This document shows positions 20,787-31,624 of a stretch of 64,000 bases of DNA, in pieces. The stretch lies in NCBI GenBank assembly GCA_963792965.1, contig CAWBYW010000011.1, positions 64,001 through 128,000 on the forward strand, read 5' to 3'. The position numbers were made by a program, and so were the translations under genes. Source of the DNA: an uncultured delta proteobacterium (GTDB lineage Bacteria; Desulfobacterota; Zymogenia; Zymogenales; Zymogenaceae). The first letter of the stretch is position 1. The number at the start of each line of letters is the position of its first letter. The notes under the pieces were generated by a model. The model was given only the letters and a program-made list of their open reading frames with translations. It ran no database searches and had not been told where the DNA came from.

Positions 20787-22630
20787 TCGGCGTGAGTCCC
20801 CCTTTTTGCTGTCCGCGCGTCTGAGGCTGAAGGTAAAGGCGCTTCCCCGGCCCGGCCGGCTTTTCGCCTCGATCGTACCTCCGTGGGCCTCGACGATCTC
20901 CTTTGCGATATAGAGGCCGAGACCGGCGCCCTTCGTCTTTTCCTTCCCCCCCGACGCGGTGAAAAACTGGTCGAAGACATGGACCAGTGACTCGGGGGTG
21001 ATCCCTGTCCCTGTATCGGAAACCGTGATGTAGACAAAGCTTTCATCCGACCTTGCCGAAATTGTGACGGTCCCGCCGGCGGGCGTAAACTTGAGGGCGT
21101 TTGACAGGAGGTTATTGAGCACGTGCCTGATTTGCGGAAGATCGGCAAAGGCGTCGGGCAGGTCCTCGGGGAGCTCGGTCTGGACAAGAACGCCGGAGTC
21201 AACTGCGGCCGTGCGAAATTCTTCGGCAGATTCCATGACGACGTCTCGGGGAGAGACCGCCGTGAATTCCATCTGCACCCTCCCCGACTGAATTCTGCCA
21301 ACGTTCAGGAGGTCCTCGATGATGTTATTGAGGCGGTCGCTGTCTTCCCGGGCGGCGATGATGAGCTCTTCCTGTTTCGGCGTGAGGGGCCCGATTTTTT
21401 CGTCCAGCAACAGGTGAATCGCCATGCGTATGGAGGTCAGAGGAGTCTTCAGCTGGTGGGACACGGTGGAGATCACTCCCCGTTTCATCTCGTCGTTGTA
21501 GCGGAGCTTCGTAACATCCTCGATGATGAAGATCGCGCCGGTCATTTCGTTATCAAGGGTCGTGATCGGGAACGCGCCCGGGGACGATAATAGCGTTCCT
21601 CGTTGTTCACGAAGTGCTGAATGACCGCCCGATCCTCGGGCAGGTCCACGGCCCGTCCCTGCTTTGTCACCTCTTCAAAGAGATCGATCAGCCAGGGGAA
21701 GTGGAGATCGCGTATGGAGACGTTCGGCCTGAGTCCGAAGGTCTCCTGCGCCACAATGGTTGACAGCTCCACGATGCCCTGAGGGTTCAGGATGCACACC
21801 GCCTCGGTGAGGTTGTTGAAGGCCTCCTGGACGCTGCGCTGTGTGCGCATCAGCTTTGCCCGATTGGTCCGCCGGAATTCACGGAGGCCCACGGCCATGC
21901 TGTTAAAGGCGTCGGAGAGACGCCCGATCTCGTCTCTCGAATCGCTCTTGACGACGAGATCGAGGTTGCCCCTGCGGATCTCGTCGGTAACGGCGATGAG
22001 CTGATTGATCGGCTGGAGGATCCATTTTCGGGTGAAGAAAATGAGCAGACAGGCGACCAACGCGCCGACGAAGAGATATGTGTACATTTGCTGCTCGGCC
22101 TCTTCGGCCCGATGCTGCGCCAGCGTCTTTTCGTAGATCATGTTCTCCTGGTTCATCTTTATGATTTCGTCGGCAGACTCGTTGATCTCCTTAAAGATCG
22201 GGGAGAGCTCCCTGAAATAGACGTTGCGTCTCTCATTTGCCGAAATCCGCGAATCGCCGACGATTTTCAGGGTCGTCATATATCGCTCGAAGAGCTGTTC
22301 GACCTCGCCCACCTTTTCGCCCTCGCCGGGGATGGTGATGTTGCCCTTTTCGGCAGAAAGCTCCTCGCGGAAAAGGGCGATGCTGTTGTCGATCTCAATG
22401 TCCCCCTCGTGTCTATATCCCAACAACGTCAGGAGGACACCGCTGTCGATTCGCTCGAGGGCCTTTTTCATCTGCTGGCACGCGGTCACGCTGCGATAGT
22501 TTTCCTTCAGAATGACGTCGATCCCCTTTCCAAGCTCGTCAATCTGCTGCACACTCTTAAGGCCGATGGCAACCATGATCAGCAAGAGGCCGATGAACCC
22601 GAGCGATAATTTACGGCGAAGTCCAAACAT
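20783..22630 (-). CDS. Membrane sensor histidine kinase (TM, periplasmic four-helix bundle, TM, HAMP, PAS-like, HisKA, HATPase), KinB-like; frameshift near 21560 and probably near 20800
   Basis: Two TM segments, LKENYRSV, DEIGRLSDAFNSM (HAMP), H-box SHQLKTPLTS, NLLSNALKFT, DTGTGI, GAGLGL. Confidence 0.88.
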
Positions 22631-22665
22631 GAATCGCAGATCCTTATCCGGTTACCGTTCCTGTC

Positions 22666-22681
22666 AGCAAGATGCGTACCA
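22666..22681 (-). promoter_or_regulatory. Sigma54 (-24/-12) promoter of the kinase-kdpFABC-kdpD transcript
   Basis: Minus strand TGGTACGCATCTTGCT, i.e. GG-N10-GC, matching the TGGCACG-N4-TTGCW consensus, 35 bp upstream of the kinase start. Confidence 0.8.
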
Positions 22682-22732
22682 GACTCCCCATACAAGAATT
22701 CCAATGACTTGCCGACGGCAACGCTCGGCGGA

Positions 22733-22779
22733 ATTGCATTTTGCAATATATGGAGGCCATATTTCCGTGCACTTTGCGC
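22733..22779. promoter_or_regulatory. Putative enhancer (activator-binding) sites
   Basis: Palindrome ATTGCATTTTGCAAT (22733-22747) and a related GTGCACTTTGCGC (22767-22779), 50-100 bp upstream of the sigma54 box. Confidence 0.55.
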
Positions 22780-22818
22780 GAAACGCCGTTTCTTAGACGG
22801 ATGATCTTGTGCGTCGTG

Positions 22819-24177
22819 TCAGATATCATAGCGCTTTCGGCGGCGCCAGAGGGTCGCCTGATCCACGCCGAGGATATCGGCCGCTTCGCGGAGTGTTTTT
22901 GTCGTTTCGAGTATGCGGCGGATGTGGAGCTCACTCATCCGCTGAAGCGTGACTGGATCACCGACTGCGGGGAGCGATCGGTCTATGGGCGATGAGGTAG
23001 GGAGATACCGGGCGCCGACCAACTCGGACGTGCAGAGGATAGAGGCCCGTTCGATGACGTTTCTGAGCTCGCGGACGTTCCCGGGCCATGGGTGAGACCG
23101 TAAGGCCTCGAGGGCCTCATCTGTGAATCCCTTGAACAGGCGGTGGTTGCTTCTTCCGAAGAACTCTAAGAAATTCCCGGCAAGCGCCACGATGTCTTCC
23201 GTTCTCTTGCGAAGAGGAGGTATCTCAATCTGGATTACGTTGAGGCGATAGTAGAGATCATCTCTGAACAGGCCTTCCTGGACCGCCCTCTCGAGATCGA
23301 TGTTCGTGGCGGATATGAAGCGGACGTCGGATTTGAACGTCATCTGGTCTCCCACCCTCTCGTACTCACGATCCTGCATGACGCGCAGGAGCTTCGGCTG
23401 GATGGACGGGGGGAGATCTCCGATCTCATCGAGGAAGAGGGTCCCCCCCTCGCACGCGGCTATCCGCCCGCGCCTTTCGCTGACCGCACCGGTAAAGGCC
23501 CCTTTTACATGTCCGAAGAGCTCGCTCTGGAGGAGCTCGGGTGAGAGGGCGGGACACGAAATAGTCCCGAGGGGCTTATCTGCGCGTCTGCTCCACGAAT
23601 GTATGGAGCGCGCAAGCAAGCCTTTCCCCGTCCCGCTTTCACCGAGAAGGAGTATGCTCGCGTCGGATACGGCCACCTTTCGTGCCATGGCTATCGCGCC
23701 CCGCATGGCGGAATTCGTGCTGGAAAAGTCGACGGCGGGATTGAATTTATCGAGGTCTTCGGTGAGCTCTTCCACGCGGCGCTCCAGGCAGCGGATTTCA
23801 GAGATCTTTCTGATGACAATATTCAGCTGGGCCGGCGTGAAGGGCTTAGGGATATAATCGTCGGCCCCCCGACGCATCGCCTCGACGGCGGAGTCGATGG
23901 AAGCATACGCGGTAATGACGATGATCTTGAGCCACGGACACTTCGTGTGGAACAGCGGGATGAGATCCAGGCCATCGGTGGTGCCGAGCCGGAGGTCCAC
24001 AAAGGCGAGATCGAAATAGCCTCTCGAGACCTCGGCCACGGCGTCGTCGAAACTGCCGACGGCAACAACGGAGTGTCCCTCGGTTTCAAGGCAGAGGGAC
24101 ATGGTCCTGCGGATATTGGCCTCGTCATCAATGATAAGGATCTTGAGAGATGTTGGTGGGCTCTGGTTATCGGTCAT
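22819..24177 (-). CDS. Sigma54-dependent response regulator (REC-AAA+-HTH), AlgB-like
   Basis: IIDDE, FVDLRLG, GESGTGKG, SELFGHVKGAFTGA, LFLDEIG, WPGNVRELRN, C-terminal HTH ending ATLWRRRKRY. Confidence 0.93.
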   Translation of the reverse strand: MTDNQSPPTSLKILIIDDEANIRRTMSLCLETEGHSVVAVGSFDDAVAEVSRGYFDLAFVDLRLGTTDGLDLIPLFHTKCPWLKIIVITAYASIDSAVEAMRRGADDYIPKPFTPAQLNIVIRKISEIRCLERRVEELTEDLDKFNPAVDFSSTNSAMRGAIAMARKVAVSDASILLLGESGTGKGLLARSIHSWSRRADKPLGTISCPALSPELLQSELFGHVKGAFTGAVSERRGRIAACEGGTLFLDEIGDLPPSIQPKLLRVMQDREYERVGDQMTFKSDVRFISATNIDLERAVQEGLFRDDLYYRLNVIQIEIPPLRKRTEDIVALAGNFLEFFGRSNHRLFKGFTDEALEALRSHPWPGNVRELRNVIERASILCTSELVGARYLPTSSPIDRSLPAVGDPVTLQRMSELHIRRILETTKTLREAADILGVDQATLWRRRKRYDI

Positions 24178-24763
24178 TTTTCTATTATTGGGTATAATAG
24201 AATTTCATCGTGAGTTATCGACGATGCGGCTTGGCTCCCATGAGATCATTGTGCCGAAGTCCCTCGGGACTATTTGCTGTTTATTCGATATCTGTTGCCA
24301 ACTATTATGATAGCACACATTGAGGAGGGTCAATGCAAAAATAGAAAAGCGCGAAGAGTCGTGAGCGCGATCTATTATGGAGACCCGTCGAAATATTCTT
24401 CCCGCATCCGGCGTATGGCATGTTTCATCGAAGACCCGGGTGTCAGGCGGGAGAATGAGTTACTAACTATATAGGATTTGGGATGAAATGGGTGCCGCAG
24501 CCAAAAAAGGTGAAGAGGATCGGCTCGGAATAGGGAGATGACCTCTGAGACGAGAACTCGTATATGGTATGCATGCGGGGCCGAGCTCAGGCTAATTTTG
24601 ACACCTAATGATTCCCGGCAGTATGCCGAAATGTTCGAATCCCTCGGCCTACGCGATATTCCCCGATATGGTATTGGCCACCTTGTGGGGCTACCTTCTG
24701 CACGTCCAGGGACGGCGAGCGGCTTACGACCGGGCACTGCTGCCCGCCATGCCAACGTTACGG

Positions 24764-25895
24764 TTACACCAAGACGTCCTCCACCGGCCGACGGAGAGAG
24801 TGGGCATAAACTCGGAATAGCCGAACCGGGCCAACAGCTGGGGCCGGGACGAGCCGAGGCTTAGATGGCTCTCTGGAGCTGGGGCACGAGGCTGCCAATC
24901 TCCGCCGGCTGGTTAAGGAATGCCGACTTAACCGTGAGAGCCGTCGAGATGAGCGCATACCGCTCCCAGGTACGGCCGACGGCGACCCACGCCCTCTTGT
25001 CATTTTTCTCCGACACGAACAGGATCATCCCCGAGGAGCTCAGGGCCATCTTCTGGTCCTTGTCCCCCTGGCTCTTGCCTCCGGCAAAGAAATCCATCAG
25101 GATATTTCCGAGCCATTGCGGCACCACGGGATTTCCGCCCGCGCGGGACGAAAGGCCGTCGCGCGTCTTCAACGCCTCTTTATCGCTGAATCGAATCCAC
25201 GACTTGAGCTCCTTGACGAAGGCCTTGTCGTTCATCTGGATGTTGTCGCCTTCCTTCACGATCTCGATCAGTTTTTCGATCTCTTTTCGATCGGTAAAGA
25301 TCATCGTGCCGACCCCCGCCTCTTTTTGAAGTGCTTCAATCTTCTTCATATCTTCAGAGGGAAGGGGCCGTCCGTTGTATTCATTTCGGGTGCACTGACG
25401 GACGGGAATTGCCCTGAAAAGGGTCTCGTTGGGTCTTGCGGACGATGCCTTCAGTCGAATGACAATAGATTCCTCGTCGGCCGTGGGAAAATAGTCTATC
25501 TCGGGGTCAAATCCCGCGTATCGAGCGGAGACAACAAGGTTTTCCAGCGCGCAGCCGAGGCTGATGAAGAGCTCGCGATCATCGGGGTCGACGGCCGGAA
25601 GCCGCCGTGAATAGTCGGGGAAGATGCGGACGATGTTTCCATTGATGGAAAACTTCCACGGCTGGGTATTGTGACCGCTGGGTGCGAGGATCGTATAACG
25701 GATCAGCTCCCGCGACTGCACCGAGATCGTCGGCTCCTTCGTAAACGGCACGGCCCTGATCGCGGTTGCCTCATCTACGTAGTCGGCCGAAGAGCAGGAA
25801 ACCAGGGCGGGTGAGAGTGCCGTGGTCGCCCCGACCACCGCCAAAAGCTCAAGGAACTCTCTTCTGCCCAGATTCCCGGTCGTTCCCTTTCTCAT
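24764..25895 (-). CDS. Tat-exported Acg-family FMN-binding nitroreductase-like protein; frameshifts near 24870 and 24800
   Basis: RREFL twin-arginine signal with LVSC lipobox, LAPSGHNTQPW, SLGCALENL. The typical end (PQLLARFGY...SLRRPVEDVLV) lies in shifted frames. Confidence 0.8.
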
Positions 25896-25942
25896 CGGAA
25901 ACCTCCTTTACATCTGCACCAGATATCAAACAATATTTTCGT

Positions 25943-25971
25943 ATGGTAACAGCAGACGGACAAAGAGTCAA
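25943..25971 (-). promoter_or_regulatory. Putative sigma70 promoter
   Basis: Minus strand TTGACT-17 bp-TACCAT upstream of the nitroreductase-like gene. Confidence 0.5.
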
Positions 25972-26019
25972 GCCCAAGGTGACCGCCTTGGATTCACGAG
26001 CCCGTAAGGTACACGCTGC

Positions 26020-26056
26020 AAAAAGAAAGGAGTTGAGATATATCCCGACTCCTTTC
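26020..26056 (-). terminator. Rho-independent terminator ending the catabolic operon
   Basis: GAAAGGAGT/ACTCCTTTC stem followed by a T run on the minus strand. Confidence 0.65.
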
Positions 26057-26108
26057 CTGGATTCGTGTTTTACGTGCTCCTAACGGGTCCATACCCCCGT
26101 CTAACGTC

Positions 26109-27473
26109 CTACGACGTTTTCGCTCTCTCTATCTTCTTTTGAATCTTGCCCACGATTTCGTGGTGCATGCTCTCGCTGATCGGGTAGAAACTGATAACGA
26201 TAATCCCCGCCACGATAAGGACAATAGGCACAAAGATCATCAATGACCGAATGCCGTCCAGTGTCCCGGGGCTCTGAACCTTGTTCGCCTCAAAGCCGAT
26301 GAGCCCCAGTCCGTGCCCGGCTATGAAACCCGCCAAGGCGGAGGCCAGCTTCTGCCCGAAGAAGAAGATGCCGTAGAGGACACCCTCCCTCCGTAGGCCG
26401 GTAGAAAGCTCGCCGTATTCGACGGTGTCCGGGATCATCGCCCAGGGGCTCAAGAAACTGGTCGAGATGCCTATGCCCCCCAGGCAGAATGCCGCGACTA
26501 ACAGCGGCACGTTGAAATCCCTGATAAAATAGATGATACACAGCGCCCGGCTAAAAGCCCCATGCCCATATTGAAGGTCGCTTTCTTGCTCACCTTTTTG
26601 GAGACCATCACCCAGAGCGGCAGGGCAAGGGCGGCGGGCACGAAGATGCATAAAAACGCCACCGTTGCAAAGGAATCGTGGCCCATGGTGTATTTGAAAT
26701 AGTAATTGACCATGGCGGCCAGCATCCCCAGGGCGGTCAGATGCATGATCGTCCCCAGCGACAAGATCAGAAACGGCCCGTTGCCGAAGATGGTTGTCAG
26801 GATATCCTTGATGTTGTAATGCTCGCCGTCCGTCTCCTGCACCGTCTCCCTCACCGAGAAGAAGGTCACGTACGTGACCGCCACGGCGATTACCCCAAAG
26901 ATGGCGGCGGTCATCCTGAAACCGATGACCTGGTTCGGGAACAGGGCCACCAGCGGCTTCATCGAGCCTGCGACAACCAGCGCCCCCATCAACGCGAAGA
27001 ACGTCCGAACGCCCGAGAGCTTGGACCGCTCGTGAAATCGAGGGTCATGCTGGCGGCCAGCGCTCCGTAGGGGACGTTAACGATGGCGTAAAAGCTGCAT
27101 ACCAAGAGGAAAAAGACCAGTCCATAGGCGACCTTGAATTCCTGGGGTATGGGCGGCGACGCGAACAGGAGGAAGAAAAGACGCCGAGGGGGATGGCCCC
27201 GAACAGCAGGTACGGCCGTTTCTTCCCCCACCGGGTGCGGGTGCGGTCGGAGAGATACCCCACGATAGGGTCGCTGACGCCGTCCCACGCCTTGGCGATC
27301 AGGAAGATCGTCCCGGCTACGGGGGCGGCGATCCCGAAAACGTCGGTAAAAAAGAAGATCAGGAAAATGAAGGTAGATTGAAATATCAGGTTGGCGCCGA
27401 AATCACCGACGCCGAAACCGATCCTCGTCCCCGTCGAAAGCCCCCCACCCGCAGAGATTTCCGTTTTTTTCAT
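26109..27473 (-). CDS. Glycoside-pentoside-hexuronide (GPH/MelB-like) MFS transporter; several frameshifts
   Basis: FGVGDFG, WDGVSDPIVGYLSDRTRTRWGKKRPYL, NVPYGAL, PDTVEYGE...RREG, spread over four overlapping ORFs. Confidence 0.85.
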
Positions 27474-27495
27474 AGCATGTCTCCTCGAAACAGGA

Positions 27496-28199
27496 CTACT
27501 TCATCGCCTTGTTGGTATCCTTGTTCTCTCTGATCTTCTCTATCATCCCGACGGTCTCCCCAATTTTCTTGGTCAGCCCGTCAAAATCGCCTTTCTTCAC
27601 GAGGTCCGCGGTGATGAGCGCCGAGCCCATCCCCACACAGGCCACGCCTGAGTCAAACCAGGCGGTGAGCGACGCCTCCGTCGGCTCCACGCCGCCAGTC
27701 GGCATGATCTCGGCGAACGGCATGGGGCCCCGCACCGCACTGCGCGAAGGCGGGGCCGCCGACCTCGCCCCCCGGGAATATCTTGCAGATCTCCACGCCG
27801 AGCCGGTGGGCCATATGAATCTCAGTCGCGCTCCCGCACCCAGGGCAGTACGGGATCTTCCGGGCGTTGCAGAGGTACGCCGTCTCCGTCGTCGAGCACG
27901 GGCCCCACGACGAAATTTGCCCCCGCGCTGATATAGAGCGCCGCCGTCGGGGCATCGACGATCGACCCCACCCCGAGGATCAGTTCCGGCAGCTCTTCTC
28001 TGCAATATGCCTCAAGCTCCGCGAAGACGGAGACGGCCCCGTCGCCCCGGTTGGTGAACTCAACGACGGTGGCCCCGCCCTCGGCGCAGGCCGCGATGAT
28101 CTTCTTCCCGATCTCAACGTCGGGATGATAGAAGACCGCCACCATGCCGACCCGCCTCATCGCGGATAGGGTCTCGTGTCTGAAAAAACGCGCCATCAT
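27496..28199 (-). CDS. eda: KHG/KDPG aldolase family; frameshifts
   Basis: VEFTNRG, LGVGSIVD, GANFVVGP, PGCGSATEI, KIFPG, MPTGGV, VGMGS in successive frames. Confidence 0.85.
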
Positions 28200-28310
28200 A
28201 GGCCTTCCGCCCGTCTCGGAGCCGACAGTAACTGCGTCGGGTCCATTCGTTTCCTCGTTTTTTGCCGCGGTACGGTGAGGGCGGTGCTGCCGCCGCATCC
28301 ACATCTGATC

Positions 28311-29315
28311 TCACCGGGCTGACGCCGCCGGCCCGATGTCACCGGGGTCGGTCCGTTCCGGGGTGATACGCCCATCCAGCAGGGCCTTCTTAAAGATACG
28401 GATCGTCTCCCTCACGCCCTCGCGCAAGGGCGTGACCTTGAGATGCCCGAGCACGGCGACGAGCGGGGCATTATCGATCTCTTCGGGAAAGGGGAGGGGG
28501 TTCTCGTCGTGAGTGATCGTTCCCCGGCAGACGGTTCGGCGGCCTCGATCTCGGCGATGATGTCCTCTGTGGAGACGGTACGGCCGCCGAGGTTGAAGAC
28601 CTCGGCTCCCTTAAAGCTCACCCGAGAAGCATTGATGAAGGCCCCGGCCGCATCGTCGGCGTACTGGAAGCCGAAGCGTCCCCCGAACGTGATGTGATAC
28701 GGTACGCGGCCGCCGCCGCAAGCATCGCCTTGGTAGGCGTGGAGGTGAGCCCCTGGTCCCTGCCGGGGCCGTAGACGACGTAGGGCCTGATGCCGATGCT
28801 CGAGATGCCGTCCTCCATCCAGTAGACGCGCGCCGTCCCTTCGTTGGCCTGCTTAAAGACGCCGTAGTGCGAGCGGGGCCGGAGAACGGCGTCATGCGCC
28901 AGCGGCCCGGGGGATACTCCTGGCGGGGCCCATAGACGGCGGTGCTGCTTGCATAGACCACGTGCCGAATCCCACATGTCTTTGCCGCCTCAAATATGTT
29001 CACCGTGCCACCCACGTTCACCGCGGCGCCGAGCGGCGGATCGGCCTTACAGAATGGCAGCTGCATGGCAGCAAGATGGATGATATGCGTGATGCCGTGC
29101 TCGACGAGGGCATCGCGTATCATCGCGATATCGGTAATGTCGCCCGTGACGAACCGAACACGCTTGATCTCGTCATCCTCCATGATGAGCCGGAGGCGAT
29201 GGATGGATCCTCCCCTTACAAGCACACTGGTAAAAACTCCCTCCCGGACGAGGTTTTTCACCGTCCACGCCCCGATACACCCCGTCGCCCCTGTGACAAG
29301 AAATCTCTCTTCCAT
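28311..29315 (-). CDS. NAD-dependent epimerase/dehydratase (extended SDR); frameshifts
   Basis: LVTGATGCIG, IIHLAA, YASSTAVYG, YGVFK, RPYVVYGPG, VFNLGG. Confidence 0.85.
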
Positions 29316-29329
29316 ATCTACGACTCCCT

Positions 29330-30058
29330 TCAGTCGCCTTTCATCTGCTTAATCTGTTTCATCCGCACCTCTACATGCGAGAGGTGGTCCAGCATCGCCT
29401 GCCGGGCCGCCATCGGGTCACGCGACTTCAACGCCTGGACGATGGCGCGGTGGTCATCGATGGTCTGGCGCCGTACATCGAAGTGCTCGGCGGTGCGTCG
29501 GCGGCTGAAGATACTGAGCTGACTTATCGACCTCATGAAAAGGCTCAGGATCGTATTCCCTGTGGCCTCCAGGATGCTCCTGTGGAGCTCAAGGTCGATT
29601 TCGAGGAAGGCCTCGGGATCATTCAGCGCCTCCTGGGCCCTCTCGAGGCAGGTCTCCAGCCCGGCTATCTCGTCGGCCGTGATGGTGTGCGCGGCGAGCT
29701 CCGCGATCCCCACCTCCAATATCTTTCTTGCCTCGAAGAGCTCGATATAGGTTGAATCGTTGAGTGTGAAGATAATGTCGAGGTGCTCGACGAGACGCTC
29801 GGGTTCAAGCGAGGCGACGTACGTGCCGGATCCCTGGCGGTTGTCGATGATATTCATGATCTGGAGTGCCCTAAGCGCCTCGCGCAACGACGGCCGGCTC
29901 ACGTTCATCATCGCCGCCAGCTCCCGCTCGGGTGGGAGCCGATCACCCGGACGCAGCTGCTTTTCCTTGATAAGGTTCAGCAATGCGTGCGCGATCTTCT
30001 CGGACAGGACGTCCCGCTTCAATGTCTCGAAGGGTATCTCGGCCGTCTTCTTGCTCAT
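29330..30058 (-). CDS. FadR/GntR family transcriptional regulator
   Basis: LRPGDRLPPERELA...VSRPSLREAL...GSGTYV winged HTH, followed by an FCD domain (DLELH, DHRAIV, MLDHL). Confidence 0.93.
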   Translation of the reverse strand: MSKKTAEIPFETLKRDVLSEKIAHALLNLIKEKQLRPGDRLPPERELAAMMNVSRPSLREALRALQIMNIIDNRQGSGTYVASLEPERLVEHLDIIFTLNDSTYIELFEARKILEVGIAELAAHTITADEIAGLETCLERAQEALNDPEAFLEIDLELHRSILEATGNTILSLFMRSISQLSIFSRRRTAEHFDVRRQTIDDHRAIVQALKSRDPMAARQAMLDHLSHVEVRMKQIKQMKGD

Positions 30059-30831
30059 TTGGCCACCCATCCGCAGTCGACCAAAAGGTCGGTGCCGGTG
30101 ATGAAGGATGCCGTGTCGCCCGCCAGGAAATAGATCGACTCGGCGATCTCGGCGGGATCGGCCCAGCGCCTGAACGCCTGCTCGGCCTCCCTGATCTTCT
30201 TTACTTCGTCGTAGGGCTTCCCGGTCTTTTCCGATTCGATCTGAATATCGCCCCGCAGCATCGGCGTGTCGACGGAGCCGGGGCTTACGGAATTGACGCG
30301 GATGTTGTGCGGGGCCAGCTCCCACGCAAGGGCCCTGGTGAGGGCGATGATGGCGCCCTTCGTTGCGCCGTAGAGCGAGTGATCGATCTGCCCGACGTGG
30401 CCCGAGACCGAGCCCATGTTCACGATGGAGCCCGCCCTTTTGGTCTTTCATGACGGGAATGACGTGTTTGCAGAAGAGGAAAATGCCGCCGAGGTTCACG
30501 TCCACAACCCTTCGGTATTCGTCCCAGGCGATCTTATCCAGAGGGCGGACCAACACAATTCCCGCGTCGTTGATCAGCACGTCGATACGGCCATACATCC
30601 GCATTGTCCCTTCGACGGCCGACGCGACCTCGGTTTCGCGGCGACATCGCATTCGGTGAAGGAAGAGACGCCGCCCGCCTGACTCTATCTCGTCTCTGAC
30701 CTGCCGTGCCCCTCTGAGCGATATCGACCATGGAGACGGCATACCCCCGATGCGCGAACAGGCGCGCGGTTGCCTCCCCTATGCCGTTGCCGCCCCGGTG
30801 ATAAGCGCGACCTTTCTTGAGCGTTCATCAT
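30055..30831 (-). CDS. SDR family oxidoreductase; frameshifts
   Basis: KVALITGAA near the start, GRIDVLINDAG, NMGSVSG, YGATKG, RVNSVSPG, ITGTDLLVDCG. Confidence 0.85.
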
Positions 30832-31620
30832 TTCACTCCCGTAAGTCCCAAGATTTCGCGCGCCTGGCGCACGGTCGCGACGGGCCTTCCGAGCGACCGC
30901 GAGATCGACGCGATTTCCTCAACCAGCTCGTGCGTCTGGGCCTGCTTGCCCGATCGGGTATACGGGTAATCCTCGGTGCCCACGCGCACGTGATCTCCCT
31001 GCAGGACGGCGGCCGCCAGTATCTTCATCTGGTCCTCATGCATGATGCTCACCACAGCCGCGCAGCCCTCGGGGAGGAGCCTTCTCCGGTAGAGGTATTC
31101 CTCCACGGTGGGAGGCGACCAGGTGCCCCCCGGCCAGCCGAAAAAGAGCGTGGTGATATAGGGCGGCCGAAGCAGCTTCTTGTTGATGAGATAGTTCAGG
31201 TTCCATACGGACCCCGCGTGCCATACCTCGAACTCGGGCGCGACGCCGTATTTCGCGCAGAGCTTCGCATATTTCTCGAGCTCCTGCCGCGAGTGGAGCT
31301 TGAGGCAGTCAAGCTCGGCGAAGGCCTCGTCGTGGTGGTTCAGGATGATGGAGATCATGTCCGATTTTTCCCTGAAGACGTCCATGCGCTCTTCAATCTC
31401 GAGGCTGGACATCCCGCTCTGGACGATGATCTCGCACGATGCGCGAACCGCGCGGATCACCTCGATCCACTGCCCCTCGGCGTGGGTGTGGAGCACCGCG
31501 GCGCCGTGCTCCATGCAGCGTCTGGCCTCCATGGCGATCGCTGTCCGGCGTGGTTGGATAGTCGATTTGGGGGTGCAGCCAGCATGTGTTGGGCGTGGCG
31601 ACGATGATGAGAGGGTCCAT
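30828..31620 (-). CDS. Beta-keto acid cleavage enzyme (BKACE/DUF849, 3-keto-5-aminohexanoate cleavage family); frameshift near 31540
   Basis: PLIIVATPN, GAAVLHTH (HxH), PEFEVW, HVRVGTED, GRPVATVRQAREILGL. Confidence 0.85.
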
Positions 31621-31624
31621 TGAT

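Noticed and set aside
24200-24760. Short ORFs between the sigma54 regulator and the nitroreductase-like gene
   Set aside because: They show no motifs or clear RBS and conflict on both strands.
29330-30742. Apparent 470-aa SDR-FadR fusion ORF
   Set aside because: The SDR C-terminus is complete in another frame (30055..30423) and overlaps the FadR start. The fusion results from a frameshift.
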